Below, one piece after another: positions 14,260 through 25,987 of a stretch of DNA of 64,000 bases (position 1 is the stretch's first letter; the number at the start of each line of letters is the position of its first letter). The translations under genes and the position numbers were made by a program. Origin of the DNA: Eledone cirrhosa (taxonomy: Eukaryota); contig OZ024741.1 of the NCBI GenBank assembly GCA_964016885.1, forward strand, positions 70,742,001 to 70,806,000, written 5' to 3'. The notes beneath the pieces are model-generated. The model searched no databases, was not told the DNA's origin, and saw only the letters and a program-made list of their open reading frames with translations.

Positions 14260-14880
14260 AGGTGTAATAGTTTGCTTGAAGCATTGTGGAATATGAAATT
14301 GAAAAGCATGTGTATTTAGAAAGCCGTACAATGCAAGTTGGTTCAATTCTAAGAGTGCTTATACTGCATTCAGTAGCCAAGATAATGATGGTTATTTTTT
14401 ATCCTTGTTTTGCATTTGATGATATGATTTTGGAATGGTGAGGAGTTAGTGGTGATGTGTTCTTTTATTCTGAGGTGCTGGAGTGAAATAGTGTTGCTGA
14501 TGTTGAATTGGCTGTACTTGCCATATTCCAACCTTTATACCACATGGGGCAATTGCTTATGGTGCATGTGTTCTCCTTAGTGAGGAGCTGTCTTTTAGAT
14601 AGGCATCTCTGCATGGAAGGTTCTGAATGGGTCAGTCAGTCTGATGTTAAGGTCCTCCCTCCAGATGGCCATGTGTGTGGCATTGGTTGTTTCTTTGCTG
14701 AGGTGTGGAATCCTGAAGAAGCAACTATTGTCTGGGTTGGTAAGTCTTCTAGGTGTGGGATTCTGCTGTGAGGTGGAAAAAGATGCTGAGTAGCCATTGG
14801 TTTTTAACACCATGTGGAATTGTCTGATGTGGGTGGCTCTACTTTACATGTTGCTGGATGTGTGAGCTCAGCCACCAGGC
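14260..14880 (-). mobile_element. Decayed Penelope-like element, RT C-terminus plus GIY-YIG region
   Basis: Broken frames give VLKTNGYS..FRIPHLS, CTISNCP, HLRIKEHITTNSSPFQNHIIKC and IILATECSISTLRI, resembling the PLE thumb, Cys linker and RxxEH motif. Confidence 0.6.
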
Positions 14881-14914
14881 ACTGACTTTTAACTATATAT
14901 ATATATATATATAT

Positions 14915-15262
14915 AAAAGCAAATAGTAAGATGGAATCGAAATTCTAAACTAGTTTAATGCATTACACATGTTTCATGTGTGATATAATCATTACACGTT
15001 TAATCACAAACAGGATCTTTAATTGACTCCACTGTCTGCCATGTAGGGAATGACTTAAATATGTATTTGTAATATTTATATTGGTTTAAAAAGCTTCTGA
15101 AGATGGTGTGGTATAATTTATTTTTCCTTTATTTTTTTACTCACACAAGTTATTTAGAAGATCCTAATTGTAATTAAATGTATAATGATTATATCACACT
15201 TGAAGCATGTGTAAAGCATTAAACCTATGTAGTATTTCGATTCCATGTTTCTATTTGATTAT
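14915..15262. repeat. Diverged inverted repeat (about 14915-15020 and 15155-15262)
   Basis: atggaatcgaaat..tgtgatataatcatta and its reverse complement; decayed GAAAC..GTA motif. Confidence 0.6.
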
Positions 15263-15599
15263 ATACGCTCTGTGTTTACATCTATCTTTCCATACCTTTT
15301 TTCTTAAAAGTATTTCTTATTCTTCCAACCAATATTCCATAAACATATTGAGCTCACTCTGAAAATATTTGGCATTTATATACTCTCATACATAACTCTC
15401 TACATACAAATTGAGTTATATATAGTTTTACCCTTGTTACATATATACATATATATATGGGTATGGTCCCATAACTCCTGCTAGAGTTGTAGGGGCGCTG
15501 TATTGACATATGGTGTTTCTTGGGCATTTTAACGTGTAGCAGAGCCCACACCTCTCCAGGCATGAATACAGCAGATTTCATCCAGAGAGAGGAAGAATC

Positions 15600-15750
15600 A
15601 ACTCCCGTACTTGACTGGTACTTTTGTTATCGACCTCAAAAGGCTGACAGACAAAGTTGACCTCGGCAGGATTTAAACTCAGAGAGCAGAGAGCCAGAAC
15701 AAATACCACAAAGCATTCTGTCTGACGTTCTAATGACTGCCAATTCGTCT
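15600..15750 (-). mobile_element. tRNA-derived SINE, diverged
   Basis: ctggtactttt..atcgacc..aaagttgacctcggcaggatttaaactcaga is the reverse complement of the SINE body and B-box. Confidence 0.75.
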
Positions 15751-15852
15751 AATATATATATATACACACACAGTACATAAGTGAGACACATATCCCTGAC
15801 TTGTCTGGGAGATCAGTGGCTCCGCTTATATATATATATATATATATATATA

Positions 15853-16043
15853 GAAGAGCTTCTACAGGACTAGAACTGTTTCATTCGTGAGAAATCATCA
15901 GGGAGCATCAGTGCTCCCTGATGATTTCTCACGAATGAAACAGTTCTAGTCCTGTAGAAGCTCTTCTATATTAAAACGTTTATACTCTGTTACGTATTGA
16001 GTACCTTACTTACTGTAGTTACCTCCGATTCAACCCGGAATAA
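15853..16043. mobile_element. TA-flanked insert with a perfect 55-bp palindrome (15853-15907 and 15912-15966) holding hammerhead core boxes
   Basis: CTGATGA tTTCtcacGAAt GAAAC..GTC in both arms; no stem I pairing evident. Confidence 0.65.
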
Positions 16044-16044
16044 C

Positions 16045-16083
<39 letters not shown>

Positions 16084-16084
16084 A

Positions 16085-16681
16085 AGAAAAATACTGCAGG
16101 TAGCACATGGATAACATGTAATAAAATAAGTCCCTCATCAGTGATTTGCCGAAGATCATAGATATTTCATTGCATTAAAAATCATATATCTCACGTCGGT
16201 GCAATAATAACCAAAATAAGTTATTAGGACAATTAAAACGCGTAAAGCGAGTGAGACAGGAGAACAACAAAGAGTATAGCTAACCGTAGGGGGAAGAAAC
16301 AAGCTTCAAAAATTATTCTGTTTAGCATAAGCTAGGTGAATATATGAGCGCTTAGAGAATAGATCCTACACGAGCGAGGGCTATGAGCAGAGAGAGAAAA
16401 ATGGCGTTCGTGGTGTGCAGGATGAAATGAAGAGAAGAGAGAGAAAAACAGTGAGTGAGTGAAAGTGTGAGGAAGAGTTAACGGACATGACAGAGGGGGA
16501 GAAACAGAGAGAATGGGGGAACAGTAAGAGAGAGAGAAAAAAACACAGAATCGCAGTGGTAAATATATGTATTAAAATATAGAGAAAAATACTGCAGGTA
16601 GCACATGGATAACATGTAATAAAATAAGTCCCTCATCAGTGATTTGCCGAAGATCATAGATATTTCATTGCATTAAAAATC
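16085..16681. repeat. Insert bounded by ~98-bp direct repeats (16085-16183 and 16584-16681)
   Basis: gaaaaatactgcaggtagcac...cattaaaaatc occurs twice; minus-strand CTGATGAgggac lacks the downstream half. Confidence 0.75.
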
Positions 16682-16707
16682 TATATATATATATATATAT
16701 ATATATA

Positions 16708-17586
16708 CAGGGTGTGGACGATATTTGTTCACAATTTTCAACTGCTAATTTTATGCAATTTTTTTTTACTTCCTTTGTCACTCTTGTCTTCATAAAAACA
16801 GTGACTATATTTCCATTATTTATTTTCAGAATAATTGATTATGAATAATTTTGAACCTCCAAATTTGTGGAAGAGACACAGAGTTCTTCTTGGAATCCGC
16901 GCCAGTAGGACAAATAAGGAAATTTCAGACTTTCTCAGTGTCAGCAGGAGAATGGTGTCTCATCCAAAGACGTGCCCAGAGTCATGCAGACAAAGTTTCC
17001 AGCGACAACATTGGTCTTAGGTGTCATCAGCAGTCAAGGTGGTGTCATGCCACCTCACTTCTTCCCTGAGGGCCTCAAGCTGAACACCGATGGCTACATC
17101 CACATTCTGAGCGAGGTAGTAAAGCCCTGGATTGACCAGGTAGCTGCAGGTAGGCCGTACGTGTGGCAGCAAGACTCAGCGCCCTGCCATACCAGCCGAA
17201 AGACCCAAACCTGGCTGTCAGAGAACTTCGTCGACCACACTTCACCTGACATCTGGCCTCCCAGCTCACCTGACTGCAACCCCCTCGACATCTTTGTGTG
17301 GGCGCAGTGGAATGAGACACCAACAGATCTAGCTGCAATACGGAAGACGATCTGAAGGCCAGGATCACAAGTGCCTTTAGGGGCCTAAGTCAGGGGACAG
17401 TGACGAAGGCCTGTAGCCGGTTCCGAGGCCGTCATCAAAACCAATGGTGGGTTTATCGAGTGAGATTGAAAGAACAAGTCATGAAGACAAACTGACCCAA
17501 GTTTGATAAATATATCTTAAAAAATAAAACTACTGTGTTATTTTTCCTAGACAGTAATCTTGCAAACAAATATCGTCCACACCCTG
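16708..17586 (+). mobile_element. Internally deleted Tc1/mariner DNA transposon, DD37D (maT-like)
   Basis: 22-bp TIR cagggtgtggacgatatttgtt with TA on both sides; transposase remnant WQQDSAPCH...WPPSSPDCNPLD has 37 residues between the last two catalytic Asp. Confidence 0.92.
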
Positions 17587-17599
17587 TATATATATATAC

Positions 17600-17641
<42 letters not shown>

Positions 17642-17816
17642 ATGATTTGTTAAGCCTTCATTATGCTTATTGATTGGTGACATGTGTTTCGCTATTAGTC
17701 AGCTCAAGGTTTGATCTGTATCGATAAGGCCTGACTCTGGAATCACCTCTGCTGTTGTAATGACAGTTGTAATGTGTAATAGTATAATGATTCTAGCATA
17801 TACATATATATATATA

Positions 17817-17920
17817 TTAAAATAACAGATTAAAGTTTAAGCAAAGAATCGGTGCTTTCACCCTTAACGGGATCTTCTGAGCCCTCTTTGGATTTTAGTC
17901 TTCAAATTTATTATTATTAC
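17817..17920 (-). mobile_element. Internally deleted copy of the 7410-7585 insert
   Basis: Reverse complement matches both ends of 7410-7585, joined at gagggc|tc|agaaga. Confidence 0.8.
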
Positions 17921-18566
17921 TATATATATATATATATATATGCCAGAACATTATACTATTACTCAGGTTTCATATACACAATCAGAGAGACACCATCAAA
18001 GTGTACAGTAATAAAATATTCCTTTCTCTGAGAGGGCATCATTGTCTGGCTGATCTTGCAAATGTGGATTTACAAATAAAAGGAAAAATGTACTCAATAC
18101 ATATAATAGAGTTCATGCATTTATTTCAAGCTGAGGCATTCGATTTGTTACTCAGAGTTTTGTTTTTGTTCTTCATCACATTGAAACAAAAAGGTGAATC
18201 CATTTTCAATCTTATTCTATTTTAAATATATATCCTAACTAAGTATATACATTTTACATCCTCTTTTCGATGCTGGCATGGGTTATATAAAACATTTTTT
18301 TAGTAAATATTCTATAGCTGGATACCTTTCCTAATGCCAACATTTGCCTGGTTTCAAGTATGGCACATGAAAACAGGTAAGGTACTAATTGAACCACTGA
18401 GCTGCAGAACATTAACAAACATCACTGGCTCTCCAGGCAGTGTCAATGTGATGTCAGGCTTTTGTACAGTTTCCATCTACCAGATTTCACTCACAAGAAG
18501 GCACTGATCAGCTCAAGGTAGGAGACACTTCCCCAAGGTTACATACACACATACAAGATACACAGC

Positions 18567-18810
18567 TTCATACCCATCATTATTGGAGTTACAGGTTATA
18601 TACCAATCCGCTTGGACCAAAGTATAACTGAACTTGGATTTGTGGACAAAGAGCGCAGCTCCCTAATTCATAGACTTCAAATGGCTGCGATAGCTGGCAC
18701 CTTCAAAATTTGCAAAACATTCTTGTGATTCAAGGGTTAACAATTTCTTTTCTTTTATAACCTTGCCACCAGAAAGGTGGCCGGTCAAATATGTACTCGA
18801 TATTAAGAGA
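18567..18810 (+). mobile_element. 3' fragment of a second RLE-type non-LTR retrotransposon
   Basis: FIPIIIGVTGYIPIRLDQSITELGF..LIHRLQMAAIAGTFKICKTFL parallels the C-terminus at 2300-2460; CATA-type repeats on both sides. Confidence 0.65.
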
Positions 18811-19349
18811 CATACATGCGTACATACGTACATGTATATGCCAAACTGATTAATTCAGAGATGAATCAGTTAGCTGCAATTTTAGGTGCAGTGGGTGATA
18901 ACAATAATAGCAGTGATAGTGGTGGTGGTGGTGGGTTGTGTATGTGCTTGAGTTTGACATAGAAACTAAGAAAACACTTCTCAGTCAGACATTGCTCCCA
19001 CTGATAACTCATGGATTTGACCATAGGTAACTGATGGCTCACTACTGCCTTAACTACTATACAACAACACTGACAAGATAATCTATATATCATGTATCAT
19101 CATTAACATTTTAATGTCCACTTTTCCTATGCTAGCATATTTTGGATGGATTGTCACAGACCAAGTCAACACTCAATCAGAGCCACAGTCATTATAGATG
19201 GGCCAAGGGCCACAAGGCCAGATATATATTTTTTTGGAAAGACAAATACATTTAATTTGAATAAAATGGTGTCCCTCTTCACTTGATGTCCTATATGTGT
19301 ATATTTTGCTTGATGACTAATCTAGCCATATTTACATATGTTTCTATGG

Positions 19350-19440
19350 TTAGCAAAAGTGTCAGAGCATTGGGAGAAATGCCTTGTGTTAACTATTCTG
19401 GTTCTGCATTCTGAGCTAAAATCCAATGAAGGTCAACTTC
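19350..19440 (+). mobile_element. Degenerate SINE 5' half, ending at the MITE
   Basis: gaaatgccttg..cattctgagctaaaatcc..aggtcaactt resembles the SINE head. Confidence 0.5.
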
Positions 19441-19444
19441 TTAA

Positions 19445-19685
19445 CCCTTTTGATACCAAATCACCTGAAACCTTTATGATACAAAACTTCTCATTTTAAA
19501 ATGTTTATCCTTATATTAAAACTTTCCATCATAATTTTATTTTAGAAAGTTTTGTTAATGTTTTAAACATCAACTTACTAATGAAAAACTTAGTTATTTC
19601 ATTATATTCCTTCAAAGTTTTTATTTTCAAAATTAATTGAAATACGTAGGCAGTGTATTTAATTATAAATTCAGTAAGGAAAGGG
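19445..19685. mobile_element. piggyBac-type MITE (241 bp)
   Basis: TTAA|CCCTTT....AAAGGG|TTAA termini. Confidence 0.7.
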
Positions 19686-20411
19686 TTAACGTATTGTTAC
19701 TTCTCCCAAGCTGACCATTTTTCCAGTTGTGTGAAAACCAATATAACAGCAGTGTTATATCAATTGGTTAGCATAGTATATTTCACAATGTGCTTTTACA
19801 TTTATTCAACAGTACATGTAGTAGAGTAAGAATTTAGGTTCTGATGCTCTTCCTCAGTTGAGTGAACCTTGTTAGGGTCAGATTAAAACCTTTAAAAGGC
19901 TTCAAAACATAATAGTGATTGGGTAATCATACAGTAATGTCTGTGACCTCTTCAAAAGAGTTTCCCTTCTACTGGCATGGGCTGAGTTTGAGAGAAGGCA
20001 TGACTTGACGGAATAAATCTTACTAACAAGGAAGATCGAATTATTCAGAAGAAAAAAAGGCAAAGTGATCAATATTTAGATGGAGAGTTAGCAAGTGCAA
20101 CAAGTTCAAAATAGGGCAGATACTGCTTGTGCAACCAGCAACTTACCCACCAGTAATTTCAGTGGTGGACTGTTGTTGTTGTTGTTGCTCCTGCTGTTGT
20201 AGTTTGGATTCATTTTCTCGGCACCAACATGCAGAAAGGTTCTGAAACTGGTAAGTTGATTTGGATGATAATAGTGAACAAAACTATTATATAACCTAGT
20301 ATGTATTAAATTGTGTACTAAACAACTGATGTATACCATCAATTCATACGATTTCATAATCATCATCATCATTATTATCATTTTACTTCCGCTTTTCCCT
20401 GATTGCAATAT

Positions 20412-21852
20412 ATCATCATCATCATCATCATCGTTTAACGTCCATTTTCCAGCTAGCATGGGTCGGGGCGGTAATTGTCCCACTTGAGGCAAGATTTGTT
20501 GTCTTGCTCAGGACTGTCTGGTGGGTTTTCTACGGCTGGATCCCCTTCCTAACACCAACCACGTTTACAGTGTGGTCTGGGAGGTTTTTACCGTGTTACC
20601 TACACGGCCACATTACAGCATGGACTGTGTGTTTTATTGTCGTGACACCTACACGTCTGGCGGGTTTTCTATGGCTGGGTGCCCTTCCCAACACCAATCA
20701 CGTTTACAGTGTGTACTGGGAGGTTTTTACCGTGTTACCTACACGGCCACATTACAGCGTGGACTGTGTTTTTTTGTCGTGACAACTTCACATTTAAGGG
20801 GGGTGTTGTGGATGGGGTGGGGGTAGTGGGACGGGGGTGTATTTTGTTAGAGGTGCCTACTGACTGTAGTAGGTTTCACTTTGTACTTAGGTAAGGCGGG
20901 TCTTCTGTATAACTGTGTAGCGCCAAAGATCTCGGTCCAGTGACATTGTCTTGGAGAGGTGTAAGTGTGTGAGGTCGGAATTTATCAAGTCGTCCCAGGT
21001 TTTTCTGGGTCTGCCTACTCCGTAGCTACCATCTATTTTGATTGCTCTGAACTTTTTTATACAGCTGTCGTCTTTCATGCGCATCACGTGACCGTACCAA
21101 CATAGTCTTCTCTCGAGTAAACAACATCTGATCCCTCTTATTCCTAATTTCTCCCTTAGTTTGTTTATGCTTTGCCGTTCACGTATATTACTATTACACA
21201 TCCACCGGAGCATGCAAGCTTCGTTTCTCTCCAGACTGCGTATATCCTCTGCACACAATAACCAGGTCTCACTGCCATGTAACATTGCTGTACGTATGCA
21301 GGCATCATAGAGCGTGCCTTTCATTTTTATAGAGAACCCTTTAGCGGCCAATAGTGGTATAAGCTCTCTAAACTTTTTCCCTCCCGTTCTGACTCTAGCT
21401 ACTGTACTTTCAGAGCACCCTCCCCCACTGCTGATTTTGTCACCCAGGTAACGGAAGCTGTCCACTATTTCTATACAACCATCTGGGCAATGGAATGAGC
21501 TAGTATTCTGTGGGCACTTGTTGCTACTTATTGCACCAGAGCACCGGCCACATATAAAATCTATATTCTTAGTTAGCTTACCTGTGATCCTAGATCTTTT
21601 ATGCACCCATACTTTGCATTTGGGACATAAAATGGAGTTTCTGCCTACTCCTTTCCTACACACTGAGCATGGCCATTTCCCAGATGGGACCGGTGCCCTA
21701 TTTTTCTTCCTACAAACTAGAACTTTAGTCTTAGACAAGTTAACTTTAAGGCCTTTTGATTCTAGGCCATGCTTCCATGTTTAGAATTTCTTCTCTAGTT
21801 CCGCCATTGATTCAGCTATGAGCGTTAGATCATCTACATATAGGAGTTCCCA
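20412..21852 (-). mobile_element. 5'-truncated RTE LINE (family A)
   Basis: ORF 20887-21738 matches the C-terminus of 29642-32905; ~140-bp duplication in the 3'UTR; (ATG)n tail. Confidence 0.93.
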
Positions 21853-22124
21853 TATACATATATACATACATATATATTTACATATACATACATATATATA
21901 TACATATACATACATATATGTACATATATATATACATACATATATATATACATATATACACATATATATATAGATATAAACATATATATATGTATATATG
22001 ATTCTGCCATAGGGTATGGATGAAACACTGTTAGCTAATAAAACAATGTATTTCTAATCACTCTTTGGTTATTCCTAAACTTACATATATATATATATAT
22101 ACATATATATACACATATATATAC

Positions 22125-22274
<150 letters not shown>

Positions 22275-22298
22275 TCATATATATATATATATATATTC

Positions 22299-22393
<95 letters not shown>

Positions 22394-22396
22394 CAC

Positions 22397-22449
<53 letters not shown>

Positions 22450-22804
22450 CATATATATACATATATATACATATATATACATACATACATATACATACAT
22501 ATATATACATACATATACATACATATATATATATACATATATATACATAGATTATATACATATATATATAGATATACATATATATATATAGATATACATA
22601 TATATATATATAGATATACATATATATATATATAGATATACATATATTTATATAGATATACATATATATATATATATATATATAGATATATAGATATACA
22701 TACAGAATTGCTTCCACATCATTCATTCTCATCTCAGGAACAATTTTGAATAGCGCCAGTTCGTAATTAGAACTCGGGAATTTTATATTCTCCGAGTGAA
22801 AAGA

Positions 22805-22890
22805 ACCTTCTGACGAGAGTTTTTCTTTTCAATGGAGGCCCATAGGGACTTTCCATTTATTTTTGAGACTCGAAACCGTACGGTAAAGGT
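22805..22890 (+). ncRNA. Complete type I hammerhead ribozyme with long stem II
   Basis: ACCTT CTGACGA GAGTTT..AATGGA..CCCataGGG..TCCATT..AGACTC GAAA CCGtaCGG T A AAGGT; predicted cleavage after GUA at 22885. Confidence 0.85.
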
Positions 22891-23313
22891 AACCATAGCA
22901 GGTACAGTGAACTTTTTAAAATTTATTTTAAAACTTTTTCTTATTTGCTAAACCTTGATTATATATATATATAGATATACATATATATACATATATAGAT
23001 ATACACATATATACATATATACACATATACACACGAATATACACATATATACACACATATACACATATATACACATATATACATGTATATACACATATAT
23101 ACACATATATCCATATATATACATATATACACATATATCCATATATACACATATATATACATAGATATACAAATATATACATAGATATACATATATATAC
23201 ATATATATACATATATATATATACATATATATATACATAGACATATATATATATATATATATATATACATACATATATAAGAAATTGTTTTCTTATATCA
23301 ATGTTTAATGGGC

Positions 23314-23439
23314 TTCCACTGATGATTTATAAGTGCGCACCTAAATATATTCTTACATGAATATATATTAGGCTTCTACATAAACTGGAAACATTCTCCC
23401 AAATTTGTAGAAAACTTATAATGAAACAATTGTTTGGAA
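23314..23439 (+). ncRNA. Type I hammerhead ribozyme with branched stem II
   Basis: TTCCA CTGATGA tTTATAAGT [two hairpins] ACTTATAAt GAAA CaattG T T TGGAA. Confidence 0.7.
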
Positions 23440-23621
23440 AGAGAGATATACTTTAACTTTAATTATATCTCATAAAATAATACAACTGGTTTTTCCACAT
23501 TATACATATTGTTAGCACCCCAAACACTTAAATTGGGTTTATATTTTAATATAACCTAATGTTTGTTGAGTGAGATGGTTACCAGTCAGAGTTTAGCTTT
23601 AAACTATCTCTGTTATTGTAT

Positions 23622-23778
<157 letters not shown>

Positions 23779-23840
23779 ATACTTTGGGAGGGTCATGTTG
23801 CCAATAAGAAACACAGAATCTTGCTAAACAAATTCAGAAA

Positions 23841-23877
<37 letters not shown>

Positions 23878-23902
23878 GAGAGATATACATAGATATACAT
23901 AT

Positions 23903-24868
23903 ATCATCATCACCGTTTTACGTCCGTTCTTCCATGCTAGCATGGGTTAGACGGGTTGTCCTGTTGTGGGCAGTGTCTGGTCGGCTGACCATACCTTGCT
24001 CATACAGGAACTGATTTGGCTTGATTTCTACAGCTGAATGCCCTTCCTAACACCAACCTCATTTACAGTGAGTGCTGGGTGCTTTTTCGTGGCACCTACA
24101 CGTCCAGTTTACAGTGTGGGCTGGGTGCTTTTAGGGCGTGGCACCTCCACGACCACCTTGCGGTGGGGGCATATTGTCTATATGCTTCAGCTTGTACCCA
24201 TGGGAGGTCGGGTACTCTGTATTACTGCGTGACGCCAGAGGTCACGGTCGTGTGTCATTGCCTTTGAGAGGTGTAATTGGGTAAGGTCGGCTTTTATCAC
24301 CTCATCGCAGGTCATCTTGGGTCTCCCCACTCCGTGGTTTCCATCAACTTCTAGTGCTCTGCACCTTTTTATGCAGCTGTCATCCTTCATACACATCACA
24401 TGTCCATACCAGCGGAACCGCCTCTCCTGCACACAGCATTTGATTCCTCTTATGCTCAGTCTCTCTCTCAATTCATTTATGCTTTGTCGTTCACGTATAT
24501 TACTGTTACGTCCATCGGAGCATGCAGGCTTCGTTTCTCTCTAATCTACGTAAGTCTTCCACCTTCAGCGCCCAGGTCTCACTACCATGCAACATTGCTG
24601 TTCGGATACACGCATCATACAGTCTGCCTTTCATTCTGAGGGAGAAGCCTTTTGCAGCTAGCAGTGGTAGTAGTTCCCTAAACTTCTTCCATCTCGTTCT
24701 TACCCTAGTTATTGTACTTTCTGAACACCCACCTCCGCTGCTAATTCGGTCACCTAGGTAGTAGAAGCTGTCTACTGTTTCTACAGAGCCCTCCCAGAGA
24801 TTGGTGGTACTTGTTTCCTGTGGCTGTTTGCTGCTTGCTGTTTCAGCACAGCTGCTGCATGTGAAGCC
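23903..24868 (-). mobile_element. 5'-truncated RTE LINE (family B, related to A)
   Basis: [26 protein letters not shown]; distinct 3'UTR; (ATG)n tail. Confidence 0.9.
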
Positions 24869-25125
24869 TACATATATACATAGATATATATATACATATA
24901 TATACATATATATATATACATACATATATATATACATACATATATATATACATACATATATATATATACATACATATATATATATATACAAACATATATA
25001 TATACATACATATATATATACATACATATATATATACATACATATATATATATTATATATATATACACATATATATATATACACATATATATATATATAC
25101 ACATATATATATATATATACATATA

Positions 25126-25987
25126 TGGATCAATAAGACAATAGAGGTAGTTCGAGTTAGTAATCGAATAATTAAGCTTAGATTAGTTGTAGGTAGGAGA
25201 CTACTGACAATCATCTCGGTCTATGCTCCCCAAGCAGGCCTAGGCAAAGATGAGAAAGACTGCTTTTATGAGCAACTTTTGCAAACAACCACAATGACAG
25301 AGGACGGAGACATCGTTATGCTAGCAGGAGACTTCAATGGTCATGTTGGACAGCTCCAGGATGGTTACACTGGGGTACATGGTGGGCACGGTTACGGTTC
25401 AAGAAATGAAGAAGGAGTGAGACTTCTTGAATTTTGTGATGCAAGTACATTGACTATTTGCAACACAAACTTCCAGAAACCTGCCAATCACCTAATAACC
25501 TACAAATCTGGTGAGCACATAAGCCAGATTGACTTCCTGCTAGTTAGGCAGCGGGACAGGCAGATAGTGTCTAATACCAAGGCATACCCTGGGGAAGAAT
25601 GTACCCCACAGCATAGGTTAGTTGTTAGTGATATCTCAGTAAGCAAGAGATGGAATGAGACATATAGGAAGGTGTGGAGAAGAAAGGTCTGGAAGCTAAA
25701 AGACCTTTCACTAAAATTCAAATTTAGGAAAGCCCTTCAAGATGTATATGACGAAAAAGAAGACGATTTAGAGACGTATGACATAGATAATAACTGGAAG
25801 TTCTTACGTGACAACTTGCTGCAGGCTACTGATGAAACCTGTGGCTGGAGCAGAGCTCCAACCAGACAGAGAGTGACCTGGTGGTGGAACAGCACAGTAG
25901 ATAAGGCTATTAGAGACAAAACACTAGTATGGAAGGCTTGGAAAAAGGGTGGGAGTAGGGAAGAATATACAGCCACTAAGAGACGTC
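25126..25987 (+). mobile_element. RTE LINE internal fragment (AP-endonuclease region), divergent from family A
   Basis: [32 protein letters not shown]. Confidence 0.9.
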
